Source: an uncultured Clostridia bacterium
GTDB lineage: Bacteria; Bacillota; Clostridia; TANB77; CAG-508
DNA: 64,000 nt
Direction: 5' to 3'
NCBI GenBank assembly: GCA_904387305.1
Contig: CAJFLB010000001.1
Coordinates: forward strand, 39,564-103,563
A model generated the notes under the pieces. The model searched no databases. It was not told where the DNA came from and saw nothing but the letters and a program-made list of their open reading frames with translations. The translations under genes and the position numbers were made by a program. Numbering within the stretch: position 1 is the first letter of the stretch; every line of letters begins with the position of its first letter. Below are positions 38,350 through 48,967 of the stretch, piece after piece.

Positions 38350-40164
38350 ATGAACAACAAAAACATTAGAAATATTGCGATTATTGCACACGTAGACCAC
38401 GGAAAAACAACATTAGTAGATGCTTTATTAAAACAAAGCCATGTTTTTAGAGAAAATGAACAAGTAGCAGAAAGAATCATGGATTCTAACGATTTGGAGA
38501 AAGAAAGAGGAATTACAATTCTTTCTAAAAATACATCTGTTATGTATCATGATATCAAAATTAATATTGTGGATACACCAGGACACGCAGATTTTGGTGG
38601 AGAAGTAGAAAGAGTACTAAAAACAGTTGATGGAGTACTTTTATTAGTTGACGCTTTTGAAGGAGCAATGCCACAAACAAGAGAAGTATTGAAAAAATCA
38701 TTAGCTTTAGGTTTAAAACCAATTGTGGTTATTAATAAAATAGATAGACCAGGAGCAACTCCAGAAAAAGTTGTTGATCAAGTTATCGAACTATTTATTG
38801 AGTTAGATGCAAATGACGAACAACTAGATTTCCCAGTTGTGTATGCTTCAGCGAAAAATGGAATTGCCAAAATGGATTTAAATGAAGAAACAAATGATTT
38901 ACATTGCTTATTTGAAACAATTGTAAATACCATTCAAGCACCAAACTGTGATGAAGAAGGACCAGCACAAATGTTAGTATCTAACATTGATTATGATGAT
39001 TATGTTGGAAGAATTGCAGTAGGAAGAGTAGAAAGAGGAAGTATAAAAGTTGGAATGCCAGTAGCTATCTGTGGAAAAGAAGATAAAATTACACAAGGTA
39101 GAATTGCAAAGGTATATACACATGTTGGATTAAATAAAGTAGAAGTAGAAGAAGGAAAAGCAGGAGATATTATTGAACTTGCAGGATTACCAGATATCAA
39201 CATTGGAGATACCATTTGTGATTTTAATCATCCAGAAAAAATACCATTTGTGGATATTGATGAACCAACTGTATCTATGACATTTAGTGTTAATAATGGA
39301 CCATTTGCAGGAAAAGAAGGACAATTTATTACATCTCGTCATATTCGTGATAGATTGTTTAAAGAATTAGAAAGAAATGTATCATTAAGAGTAAAAGAAA
39401 CAGATTCACCAGATTCTTTTGAAGTATCAGGAAGAGGAGAATTACATTTATCTGTATTAATTGAAACAATGAGAAGAGAAGGATTTGAATTATTAGTATC
39501 TCGTCCAAAAGTTATCTTCAAAGAAATTGATGGTGTAAAATGTGAACCAATTGAAGATTTAGTAGTGAATGTTCCAGATGACTGTGTAGGAAATGTTATT
39601 GAAAAATTGGGAAGAAGAAAAGCAGAAATGGTAAATATGGAACCTGCTGAAGATGGACATACAAAAATTGAATTTAAGATTCCAGCAAGAGGATTAATTG
39701 GATATAGAACAGAATTCTTAACAGACACAAAAGGTGAAGGAACCATGAATCATATATTTGATTCTTACCAACCATATAAAGGAGATATCCAAGCACGTGT
39801 TAGAGGAACCATTGTTGCTTTTGAAAATGGAAAATCTGTAACATACGGATTATACAATGCACAAGATAAAGGTGATTTATTCATTGGACCTGGTGTAGAA
39901 GTATATGAAGGAATGATTGTTGGATTAAACTCAAGAGGAGAAGATTTAGCAATCAATGTATGTAAAGAAAAACATTTAACAAATACAAGAGCTTCTGGTT
40001 CAGACGATGCATTACGTTTAGTACCACCAATTCAAATGTCACTAGAAAAAGCCATTGAATTTATTCAAGATGATGAATTAGTAGAAGTAACACCAAAATC
40101 AATCAGATTAAGAAAGAAAATCTTAGATACAAAGGAAAGAGAAAGAGCTAATAGAAACAAATAG
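38350..40164 (+). CDS. typA: Translational GTPase TypA/BipA
   Basis: [41 protein letters not shown]; ATG at 38350. Confidence 0.96.
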   Translation: MNNKNIRNIAIIAHVDHGKTTLVDALLKQSHVFRENEQVAERIMDSNDLEKERGITILSKNTSVMYHDIKINIVDTPGHADFGGEVERVLKTVDGVLLLVDAFEGAMPQTREVLKKSLALGLKPIVVINKIDRPGATPEKVVDQVIELFIELDANDEQLDFPVVYASAKNGIAKMDLNEETNDLHCLFETIVNTIQAPNCDEEGPAQMLVSNIDYDDYVGRIAVGRVERGSIKVGMPVAICGKEDKITQGRIAKVYTHVGLNKVEVEEGKAGDIIELAGLPDINIGDTICDFNHPEKIPFVDIDEPTVSMTFSVNNGPFAGKEGQFITSRHIRDRLFKELERNVSLRVKETDSPDSFEVSGRGELHLSVLIETMRREGFELLVSRPKVIFKEIDGVKCEPIEDLVVNVPDDCVGNVIEKLGRRKAEMVNMEPAEDGHTKIEFKIPARGLIGYRTEFLTDTKGEGTMNHIFDSYQPYKGDIQARVRGTIVAFENGKSVTYGLYNAQDKGDLFIGPGVEVYEGMIVGLNSRGEDLAINVCKEKHLTNTRASGSDDALRLVPPIQMSLEKAIEFIQDDELVEVTPKSIRLRKKILDTKERERANRNK

Positions 40165-40203
40165 GGCCGTTTGGGTCCATTGGGACCAGGTCCCAATGGA
40201 CCC
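40164..40203. repeat. REP family A palindrome
   Basis: GGGTCCATTGGGACCAGGTCCCAATGGACCC right after the typA TAG. Confidence 0.88.
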
Positions 40204-40737
40204 ATTAATGAACAAGAACAAGTAGATAAAGAAATGATGATAGAATATATAAATACATTTAAAGATGTGTTAACTAGAGAAAATAAAATGTGTCATTTTA
40301 CAGCTTCTAGTTGGATTGTGAACAAACAAAGAACAAAGGTATTAATGATTTATCATAATATTTATCAATCTTGGGCATGGACAGGTGGACATAGTGATGG
40401 AGATGAAAATTTGTTACATGTTGCTTTAAAAGAGGCAAAAGAAGAAACAGGACTAAAAAATTTAAAAGTATTAAAACAAGACATATATAGCTTAGAAATA
40501 GTAACAGTAGATTGCCATATAAAAAGAGGAAAATTTATACCATCCCATTTACATTTAGATTGTTGTTATTTATTTGAAGCTGATGAAAATGAACCACTTA
40601 GAATAAAAGAAGATGAAAATAGTGGTGTAAAATGGATTGATATTGAGAAAGCAACAGAAGTAACTAATGAACCTAAAATGATACCAATTTATCAGAAATT
40701 AAATGATAAATTGGGTATATGGAGGAAACAAAATTGA
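40171..40737 (+). CDS. NUDIX hydrolase; 5' end overlaps or is replaced by a REP
   Basis: HFTASSW and Nudix box GGHSDGDENLLHVALKEAKEETG. Confidence 0.85.
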   Translation: MGPLGPGPNGPINEQEQVDKEMMIEYINTFKDVLTRENKMCHFTASSWIVNKQRTKVLMIYHNIYQSWAWTGGHSDGDENLLHVALKEAKEETGLKNLKVLKQDIYSLEIVTVDCHIKRGKFIPSHLHLDCCYLFEADENEPLRIKEDENSGVKWIDIEKATEVTNEPKMIPIYQKLNDKLGIWRKQN

Positions 40738-41321
40738 ATACAATAGCATTAGAAAATATAAAACAAAAAGCATTAGAAGAACACATACCTATTATTATGG
40801 ATGAAACATTAGAAGTTATTGAAAAGTATTTGAATAAAAATAAGCCAAATAGAATATTAGAAATCGGAACAGCAGTGGGATATTCTGCTATATGTTTTAC
40901 GCAATTTTTAGCAGAAAATGGTGAAATTGATACAATTGAAAGAGAAGCAGATAGAGTAGAAGAGGCGAAGAAAAATATTAGATTAGCAGAGGTAGAAGAA
41001 AAGATTCATATTTATGAAGGGGATGCGGTAGAAATTTTACCAACGTTAAATAACAAATATGATGTCGTATTTATTGATGCTGCTAAAGGAAAATATCCAT
41101 TTTTCTTAAAAGAGGCTTTAAGAATGATTAACAAAGATGGAATTATATTTGCAGATAATATTTTATATAAAGGCTATGTTATGAGCGATTATAACAAACA
41201 TAAACAAAGAACAGCGGTTAGAAATTTAAGAGAATACATAAAAGAGGTAAGTGAAAATCCAAATCTGGAAACAGAAATCTTAGAAGTAGGAGATGGATTA
41301 GCTGTTAGTAGGATTAAATAA
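40719..41321 (+). CDS. SAM-dependent O-methyltransferase, YrrM/TrmR family
   Basis: ILEIGTAVGYS, FIDAAKGKY, ADN, GDGL; near a U32 gene as in yrrM-yrrO operons. Confidence 0.88.
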   Translation: MEETKLNTIALENIKQKALEEHIPIIMDETLEVIEKYLNKNKPNRILEIGTAVGYSAICFTQFLAENGEIDTIEREADRVEEAKKNIRLAEVEEKIHIYEGDAVEILPTLNNKYDVVFIDAAKGKYPFFLKEALRMINKDGIIFADNILYKGYVMSDYNKHKQRTAVRNLREYIKEVSENPNLETEILEVGDGLAVSRIK

Positions 41322-41422
41322 AAAAGAGCAAAATTTGCATAAGTTTAAAATATAGGTTGTTTTTTCCTATACAATAAGAAAATGCTGATATTCATTTTTA
41401 TGATATCAGCATTTTATACATA

Positions 41423-43549
41423 TTATAGTTCTATGTCATCATTATGTTTATTATCATCTAAAAAATCCTTTTCTGGTGCATAAAAATCGTTTTGAACATA
41501 TTTTTTTAGTTCTTCAAATGAGATTTGATTTTTATCATTGATAGATAATATTTCTTTTAGTTTATCAATTAGTAGCTCAGAAAGATAAGTGATTTCATCT
41601 CCTGTTCGCAATATTTCTGTGAAACTTTCCACTAAATCTTTTTTATTAACAAGAGCTTCAGGAGCAGTAGCATGTGCAGAACTAATAACTTTCATAGTAG
41701 TAGGTGATAAATATTCAGAAAACATAAGAAGATATTTTTCGATAGGAATTTTGCTAATACGTTTATTAGTCTTCGTATTATATACTTTTATAGGTTTGTT
41801 GTTTATGTATTTTATTTCATAATTATCATCTTGTTTTGTATCTTCTATGTTAATCATATCATATTCTTCCACAAGTTCGTCTTTGATTTTAATATTTTTC
41901 TTAGCAGTTTCAATAGCGTCAAGTTTTATTTGAAGTCTTCTAACAGAATTTGAAAGTTTTCTTTTTTCTTCAGGTGTTATATTAGGAGAAGACAATTGAT
42001 TTTTGATGGTCTCTAATTTTTGAGACAAGGCTTCTTCTTGTTCTTTTGAAGTTCTACTTAATAAAGAAATATAATGGTCAAATAACTCGGGATTATGCTC
42101 ATCGTTAGTCAATTCGAAAAACTGGTTAATATCAATTTTTTTAGAGGGCATATCATTGTGTGTAGAAAGTCCATTTTTAGTTTCTTTATACCTCATAATA
42201 GACTGAAGTTGGACTTCGGTTTTGCGACCAAACTCATCTGCTAACTCGAAATAGATTGCACAAAAGCCATTTTCTTTTTTGGTAAATTTAACAAAATTTG
42301 CTTTTACTTTAAAGACATCTGTAAATAATGGATCTGCCAATACATGAGGAAAAGTTACTCGTAAAATTTCATTTTCGAATTTATCGTATAGTCTTCTTTT
42401 TAAGCAATTTGTAAGAGAGTATAATTCATTTATTTCTTCATCTGTGGCATTTGTAGCAAAAGAATTTGTTTCTAATTTTCTCTTATAAGTTGAAATAGCA
42501 TGTTCTAATCTAGAAGTATAAGAGCCTTCTTTTATTTCATGAGTACATTCTGGGTAAGTACTATTTTGTAGACGATACAATAATTCAATATAAACTTGAA
42601 AATATTCTTCTTGTGTCATAAAAATATCATTTTCATTTAAATATTTTTTTACACTATGCATAAATCTTAGATTTTCATCCTTTTGTTTCTTTAACTTTAA
42701 TATGTCTATATTTTCTGGATCATTTTCGTCAAAATAAATAGTACCATCAACATGGTTTAAAACAATCGTAATACCAGAAAAATCGTCATTGGTTTTATCA
42801 GTGAAATTGTTTGGGTTTTCTGGATTAGAAAGAATCTGTTTTTCCATATCGGAAAGAGTGATACCAGTTTTTACATCATTAGGAATAATATTTTTAACAT
42901 TTTTATTTAATTCTTTATGCATATTATCATTAAAACTTTTAAAACCTTTTTCTCTTTTATAAACAGAAGTAGAAAGTTCTGGATATAATTTTCTAAAAAC
43001 TAAATAAATGGCACTGCCTAAATAATCAGAATTTTTTTGTGCATGAGGTGTAGTTTGTTGATAATATTGGTTAACAAGATTTGTAGTAGCATCTTTTATC
43101 AAAGTTGTTTGTTTTAAGAAATCTTCCGCAGAAATAGGCGTTTCAATAAAGTCTAAAAATAGTTCAGGATAATGTTGATTTATGATTTTTTTTAGTTCAT
43201 TTTGTTCTTTTAATGATATGTTCTTTGGATTATCAGATTTTACAAATTCATAATATTCTTGTTTCATAATTTCTAATAATGCACTAATTTCATAATTTGT
43301 AATTGGATTATGAAATAAAAGAGAAACTTTTTCATCGTAGTTAGAAGATATTATATTGGTAAGAAATTTAAATTGAGCAGTACTAAGGGAAATATCTTTT
43401 AAACTTAAAAAAAGTTTATATAAATCAGATAATCCATTAGGAGTAAAATTTTCAATTGAATTCTCTTCAGGAGATTGATTTACTTTAATATTTTTTAAAG
43501 AATCTAAAAATTCTTCTCGTTTTTTCATAGTAAAAGCCATATAATTCAC
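41423..43549 (-). CDS. Large protein containing a divergent RelA/SpoT-like synthetase domain
   Basis: Ordered motifs KREKGFKS, DDFSGITIV, KKENGFCAIY, EVQLQS, STHNDM. Confidence 0.6.
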   Translation of the reverse strand: MNYMAFTMKKREEFLDSLKNIKVNQSPEENSIENFTPNGLSDLYKLFLSLKDISLSTAQFKFLTNIISSNYDEKVSLLFHNPITNYEISALLEIMKQEYYEFVKSDNPKNISLKEQNELKKIINQHYPELFLDFIETPISAEDFLKQTTLIKDATTNLVNQYYQQTTPHAQKNSDYLGSAIYLVFRKLYPELSTSVYKREKGFKSFNDNMHKELNKNVKNIIPNDVKTGITLSDMEKQILSNPENPNNFTDKTNDDFSGITIVLNHVDGTIYFDENDPENIDILKLKKQKDENLRFMHSVKKYLNENDIFMTQEEYFQVYIELLYRLQNSTYPECTHEIKEGSYTSRLEHAISTYKRKLETNSFATNATDEEINELYSLTNCLKRRLYDKFENEILRVTFPHVLADPLFTDVFKVKANFVKFTKKENGFCAIYFELADEFGRKTEVQLQSIMRYKETKNGLSTHNDMPSKKIDINQFFELTNDEHNPELFDHYISLLSRTSKEQEEALSQKLETIKNQLSSPNITPEEKRKLSNSVRRLQIKLDAIETAKKNIKIKDELVEEYDMINIEDTKQDDNYEIKYINNKPIKVYNTKTNKRISKIPIEKYLLMFSEYLSPTTMKVISSAHATAPEALVNKKDLVESFTEILRTGDEITYLSELLIDKLKEILSINDKNQISFEELKKYVQNDFYAPEKDFLDDNKHNDDIEL

Positions 43550-43690
43550 CTCAGAAATATTATATCATATAGTGTCATAAAATAAAAGGATATATGAAAT
43601 TATTGTAAAAAATAGAGTTTTATGATAAAATTTATTAAGTTATATACATGAAAGAATAAAGTAGAAAAATAAAAGTAAGGAAGGATAACT

Positions 43691-44920
43691 ATGAAAAAAG
43701 TAGAATTATTAGCACCAGCAGGTTCTTATGAAAAAGCCAAAATTGCTTTTTTATATGGAGCAGATGCGGTATATTGTGGAACCTCATCATTATCTTTAAG
43801 AACAAGAGCAGACATGAAAGATGATGATTTAGAAAAAACAATTAAATATGCACATAGCATTGGAAAAAAAGTGTATGTTACCTTAAATATTTTTGCATGG
43901 GATGAAAAATATGAAGAAATTATAGAAATGGCAAAAAAATTAGAAGTGCTAAATCCAGATGGAATCATTGCAGCAGATGGAGGCGTTATAGAAGTATTGA
44001 AACAATATGCACCAAGTGTAGCTATTAATGTGAGTACACAAGCCAACATTGTCAGTCTTCACGCAGCAAAATTTTGGTATCATAATGGAGCCAAAAGAAT
44101 GATTATGGCAAGAGAAATGAATAAAAAACAATTAAAATATATTATGGAAAATAAACCAGAAGGAATGGAAATTGAAATCTTTATTCATGGTGCTATTTGT
44201 TTTGCATTCTCAGGAAGATGTTTCTTAAGTGATTTCATGTCATGTAGAAGTGCAAATTTAGGAGATTGTGCACAAAGCTGTAGATGGTCATATAATTTAT
44301 ATGCTGAAGAAAAAAATAATCCAGGGGAGCTAATGCCAATTGAAACCAGTGAATATGGAACAAGTATTTTTTCTTCAAAAGATTTGTGTTTAATAAAAGA
44401 AATACCAGAAATCATAGAGATGGGTGTTGATAGTTTAAAAATAGAAGGAAGATTAAAAACAGAATACTATTTAGCAAGTGTGATAGGAGCATATAGAAAT
44501 GCAATTGATGACTATGAAAAAGATCCAGAACATTATGATTACACAAAATATTTAAAAGAATTGGAAAAAGTAAAAACAAGAGGATTAACCACTTTTTATT
44601 TTAATGATAGAAACAACAAAGATATACAAGAATATGGTGGAAGACAATATAACGAAAAATATGAATTTGGTGGAAAAGTAGTAGAATATGATGAGGAAAA
44701 ATCTGTTATTGAGATAAAAAACAAACTTCAAGTGGGAGATAAAATGGAATTGTTGGTTCCATACAAGTTAGAGCCAGTGCAATTTACAATTGATAACTTA
44801 TGGGATTATGATATCAAAGAAGAAATACAAGCTGTTAGTCCAGGTGTAAAAGGGAAAAAGGTGTTGATGAAATTACCAATCAAATGTGAAAAAGATTGGA
44901 TTATCAGAAGAGAAAAATAA
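43691..44920 (+). CDS. U32 family protein (YrrO/TrhP-like tRNA hydroxylation)
   Basis: ELLAPAG, GADAVY, STQAN, HGAICFAFSGRC, CAQSCR, SLKIEGR. Confidence 0.9.
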   Translation: MKKVELLAPAGSYEKAKIAFLYGADAVYCGTSSLSLRTRADMKDDDLEKTIKYAHSIGKKVYVTLNIFAWDEKYEEIIEMAKKLEVLNPDGIIAADGGVIEVLKQYAPSVAINVSTQANIVSLHAAKFWYHNGAKRMIMAREMNKKQLKYIMENKPEGMEIEIFIHGAICFAFSGRCFLSDFMSCRSANLGDCAQSCRWSYNLYAEEKNNPGELMPIETSEYGTSIFSSKDLCLIKEIPEIIEMGVDSLKIEGRLKTEYYLASVIGAYRNAIDDYEKDPEHYDYTKYLKELEKVKTRGLTTFYFNDRNNKDIQEYGGRQYNEKYEFGGKVVEYDEEKSVIEIKNKLQVGDKMELLVPYKLEPVQFTIDNLWDYDIKEEIQAVSPGVKGKKVLMKLPIKCEKDWIIRREK

Positions 44921-45000
44921 ATAAGAGTAAATGCTTTAGAAAAATAAATAAGAGAGCAGATAAAAAAACATAATGATATACAAGAAATAAAATTATAGAT

Positions 45001-45191
45001 AAAAGAGAAAGAACCATACTTTGCGTATGGTTCTTTCCCTCTCTCTTCCGCTGTCTACACGATGTCAGAGTTATCCCGCTCTGACATCGTTACCCCTCCT
45101 CCGAAAGGGGTATCACCAAGCCATTAGATTAAAAAAATTTTGGTCTAAAGGGTGGTGAAGCTCACAAACAGATATTACTGTTTGATTGCTA
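45001..45191 (-). ncRNA. Candidate ~190-nt structured small RNA
   Basis: Consensus TTGACA-17-TATAAT (45226-45198), several GC-rich hairpins, terminator GAAAGAACCATAC..GTATGGTTCTTTC. Confidence 0.55.
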
Positions 45192-45289
45192 TATGCAATT
45201 ATAATATATAAAAATGAAGATGTCAACTATATTGTTAAAAATCAATAGCATTTTAGTAAATATTTCGTAGTAAAGATATTTGATACTAA

Positions 45290-45471
45290 ATGCGTTTATG
45301 GATATTTATTTTTCATAAATTCCTCGGCTCAATACGTGCTCTAGTCTTTCTAACTATAAAAGAAACGAGCCTCTCGCTATTCCCGCTTCCTCATTTCTTT
45401 TATATTAAGAAAGATTACAAGCACTCCAATCACATTCGTCATTTATGAAAAATAAATATCCATAAACTCAT
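45290..45471 (+). repeat. Long structured hairpin element, family D copy 3
   Basis: Outer stem GTTTATGGATATTTATTTTTCATAAAT..ATTTATGAAAAATAAATATCCATAAAC; same motifs and spacing as the other copies. Confidence 0.8.
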
Positions 45472-45627
45472 TATAAAAAAACTATGGTATTAAATAGTTA
45501 CGCATTTTATGACATAAACGTTACAGTTCAGTGTCCATAATTTTTTTCTTGAATATAATACATAAAAGCAAGTAATACTATCATCAGATATCAAGTTCAT
45601 AAAATGTATATATAATAGAAAGGAGAA

Positions 45628-46614
45628 ATGTTTGTGGAAAATTATACAGTTATAGGTAATACACCCATGATAAAAATTAAATACAGGTATAAAGGAAAAG
45701 AAAACTACATATATGCAAAATTGGAAATGTTCAATATAACAGGTAGTATTAAAGATAGAGTAGCATATTATATTATAAAAAATGCAAAAGAAAAAGGAAG
45801 CTTAAAAGACAATATGCCGATTATAGAAGCAACAAGTGGAAATACAGGTATTTCCTTATCAGCCTTAGGAGCATATTATAAACATCCTGTATATATTTTT
45901 ATGCCAGATTGGGCAAGTAAAGAAAGAATTGAATTAATGAAATTATATGGTGCCAGTATAACATTAATATCAAAAGAAGAGGGGGGATTTATAAAATGTG
46001 TAGAAGAGGCTAAGAATTTAGCTCAAAAGTTAAATGGATTTTTAGCAAATCAATTTGAAAATGAAGATAATATATTAGCACATTATGAAACAACGGGAAA
46101 AGAAATTTTAGAGCAATTAGAAGGAAAGAAAATTGGTGGATTTGTTTCTGGAGTAGGAACAGGTGGAACATTAATGGGAATAGGAAAACGATTAAAAGAA
46201 ATAGATAATGAAATAAAGATATATGCACTAGAACCGGAAAAAATGCCGATATTGTCAAATGGTAAAATATTAGGACAACATAAAATTGAAGGAATTGGAG
46301 ACGATTTTGTACCAGATATATTTAAAAGAAATACGAGGATAATTGAAAAAGATATATTATTAATCAATGATGATGATGCTATCAATATGGCAAGAAAATT
46401 AGCAAAGGAATTAGGATTAGGTGTTGGAATTTCATCAGGAGCGAATTTTATTGGAGCTGTGCTGGCACAAAAGAATTTAGAAGGAGAGATGGTTACTGTT
46501 TTTGCAGATGATAATAAAAAGTATTTGTCTACAGATTTAGGAAAAAATATTGACAATAACGATCAGTTTTTGAGTAATAATGTGAAATTGTTAGAATATC
46601 AAAAAGTAATATAA
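45628..46614 (+). CDS. cysK: PLP-dependent cysteine synthase family protein
   Basis: IGNTP, GSIKDR, EATSGNTG, GVGTGGT, GISSG. Confidence 0.85.
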   Translation: MFVENYTVIGNTPMIKIKYRYKGKENYIYAKLEMFNITGSIKDRVAYYIIKNAKEKGSLKDNMPIIEATSGNTGISLSALGAYYKHPVYIFMPDWASKERIELMKLYGASITLISKEEGGFIKCVEEAKNLAQKLNGFLANQFENEDNILAHYETTGKEILEQLEGKKIGGFVSGVGTGGTLMGIGKRLKEIDNEIKIYALEPEKMPILSNGKILGQHKIEGIGDDFVPDIFKRNTRIIEKDILLINDDDAINMARKLAKELGLGVGISSGANFIGAVLAQKNLEGEMVTVFADDNKKYLSTDLGKNIDNNDQFLSNNVKLLEYQKVI

Positions 46615-46633
46615 AACTATGAAAAAGATATAG

Positions 46634-46677
46634 TAAAATCACGGTATTATAATAGATAAAGTAATACCGTGATTTTT
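46634..46677. terminator. Bidirectional terminator between cysK and sigK
   Basis: AAAATCACGGTATTA...TAATACCGTGATTTT. Confidence 0.75.
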
Positions 46678-46774
46678 ATTGTCAAATATAAAAAGAAGGG
46701 GAATCTAACTATAATCTTTAATTGTTATGTCAAGTTAGGAGATGATTATATTTCTTAAAAAGGGAAGAGATCAT

Positions 46775-47485
46775 TTAATTTTTAAATTCTTTGGACAATT
46801 TTCCAATTGCTTTTGTTTCAATTCTAGAAACATAGGAACGGGAAATACCCATCATTTTTGCAATTTCATGTTGCGTTTTTGGCTTATGACCACCAAGACC
46901 AAAGCGAAGCTCTAAAATTGTTTTTTCTCTATCTTTTAAAATAGACTTCATTTTTTCATATAATAATTTGATTTTCATTTTAATATCTACTGTATCTTCA
47001 ATATTTCTTTCATCATTTTCTAATATTTCTTGTAAAGTAATGACATTATCATCTTTATCTTTTCCAATTGGTTCATTTAGATAAACTTCAGAGCCTAATT
47101 TTTTTGTTGCTCTTAAATGCATCAAAATTTCATTATCAATACATCTAGAAACATATGTAGAAAGCTTTGATCCTTTATCAACATTAAAACTATTAATTCC
47201 TTTTATTAAGCCAATCGTACCAATAGAAATTAAATCATCTTGTTCAACATTTGTCGTTGAATATTTTTTTGTTATATGGGCAACTAATCTTAGATTTCTT
47301 TCGATTAAAATGTTTCGTGCTTCCTCATCACCATTTTTCATTTGTGCTAAATACATTTTTTCTTCTTCAGATGTTAAAGGTTCTGGAAATATATTATTAC
47401 TAGATATATATCCTACTAAAAATACAGATGATTTTAGAAATTCAATAAATCCTAAAATACCAGACATACAAAGTGCAGAAAACAT
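46775..47485 (-). CDS. sigK: Sporulation sigma factor pro-SigK (uninterrupted)
   Basis: FPEPL, LIERNLRLVAHI, DLISIGTIGLIK, TQHEIAK..GISRSYVSRIE; ATG at 47485 with RBS GGAGG. Confidence 0.9.
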   Translation of the reverse strand: MFSALCMSGILGFIEFLKSSVFLVGYISSNNIFPEPLTSEEEKMYLAQMKNGDEEARNILIERNLRLVAHITKKYSTTNVEQDDLISIGTIGLIKGINSFNVDKGSKLSTYVSRCIDNEILMHLRATKKLGSEVYLNEPIGKDKDDNVITLQEILENDERNIEDTVDIKMKIKLLYEKMKSILKDREKTILELRFGLGGHKPKTQHEIAKMMGISRSYVSRIETKAIGKLSKEFKN

Positions 47486-47610
47486 ATAGGCACCTCCAAA
47501 TACATATAAAATAATGTATAAATGATAAATTAGATGTAAATCTACATTGAGAAACTTGCATAACAAATTATATGTACGAGAAAAATAAAAGTGCATGACC
47601 ATCATAAAAT

Positions 47611-47651
47611 AATTAGGGTCCATTGGGACCAGGTCCCAATGGACCCTAATT
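47611..47651. repeat. Perfect REP family A palindrome (20-bp arms)
   Basis: AATTAGGGTCCATTGGGACC-A-GGTCCCAATGGACCCTAATT. Confidence 0.9.
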
Positions 47652-48026
47652 TTAAGTGATGAAGCATATGAAGAGTTAATAAAAGGATTAGAAGAAACAG
47701 AAGAAGAAAGAATTGATAGTTTGGTATCAGAGCATTTTGATAAACAATATACTACTTTTGAGAAATTTCAAAAATATAAATGATTACTTAAGCAAATATT
47801 TATGACTGTAAATTGTAATATTATTGCTAAAAATCAAGTTACTTAAAAATACTTGTATAACCAATGAGAGATTTGAAAATAATAGAAATGACGAATATTA
47901 GAAAATGGGAATAAGCATTATTTTAAATGAATGGACTAAAAAAGAAATTCATAAAATAAGGTAAGGGTGTTTTTGTGGTAGATTTAAGCATATATCTAAT
48001 TAAGGAAGAAGTTTCTTCGAAATAAC

Positions 48027-48065
48027 AAAAAGGGAAAAATGAGTCCGTCCCCAAAATCCCTTTTT
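48027..48065. repeat. REP family C copy (reverse orientation)
   Basis: AAAAGGGAAAAATGAGTCCGTCCCCAAAATCCCTTTTT. Confidence 0.85.
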
Positions 48066-48088
48066 AGTTTTCAGAAGGGAGTGTATTT

Positions 48089-48967
48089 ATGAATGGATTT
48101 TTAAATATAGTAAAAGGTATTTTTATTGGAGCAGGAGCAATCGTACCAGGTGTTAGTAGTGGTGTGTTATGTGTGATTTTTGGTATTTATGAAAAATTGT
48201 TAGATGCTATTTTAAACTTTTTTAAAAATATCAAACAGAATATAAAGTTTTTATTGCCTATTGCTTTAGGTGTTGGAATAGGTGTTTTATTATTTAGCAA
48301 CATGTTAAATTATTTGTTATATGAATTTCCTATACAAACCAAATCTATATTTATAGGGTTAATCATCGGAACAATACCTTCTTTAATAAAAGAGGTAAAT
48401 GAAAAGGAAACATTTAAACCACAAAATGTCATATATTTGTTAATTGCATTGGCAATAGGAATCATAACAGTCGTGTTGGAAAATAGGATGCATATAGTTA
48501 ATGATGCAGAGAATATGAGTATTATGTATTTGGTTATGTGTGGAGCTATTATGTCTATAGGAATTGTTGTGCCAGGTGTTAGTAGTACCATTATTTTAAT
48601 GCTGTTAGGTGTATATTCTGTATATTTACAATCAGTTGCTAATTTATATTTACCAATATTAATTCCTCTTGGGATTGGACTATTATTAGGAAGTATCATT
48701 GTAATGAAATTAACTAAAAAATTATTAGAAAAATATTATGCGAAAACTTTTTACAGTATTATCGGTTTTACCATTGGTTCTATATTTGTGCTTTTACCAC
48801 AAGGAATGACAGGGGTTGAAATAATTTTATGTGTGTTATGCATCATTTTAGGTGCATATCTATCTCGTATACCAGATGCTATTAAAAACTTTAGAAATAC
48901 TAAAATGTTTAAGGCAATTAAAGTATTAAATAAAATGCGTTCACAATCAAAGGCTCAAAAAGATTAG
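48089..48967 (+). CDS. DUF368 family membrane protein (putative undecaprenyl-phosphate translocase)
   Basis: Duplicated VPGVSS motif, GIY, multiple TMs. Confidence 0.88.
   Translation: MNGFLNIVKGIFIGAGAIVPGVSSGVLCVIFGIYEKLLDAILNFFKNIKQNIKFLLPIALGVGIGVLLFSNMLNYLLYEFPIQTKSIFIGLIIGTIPSLIKEVNEKETFKPQNVIYLLIALAIGIITVVLENRMHIVNDAENMSIMYLVMCGAIMSIGIVVPGVSSTIILMLLGVYSVYLQSVANLYLPILIPLGIGLLLGSIIVMKLTKKLLEKYYAKTFYSIIGFTIGSIFVLLPQGMTGVEIILCVLCIILGAYLSRIPDAIKNFRNTKMFKAIKVLNKMRSQSKAQKD

Noticed and set aside
46775-47485. skin-like element interrupting sigK
   Set aside because: The sigK frame is continuous and no recombinase is nearby.
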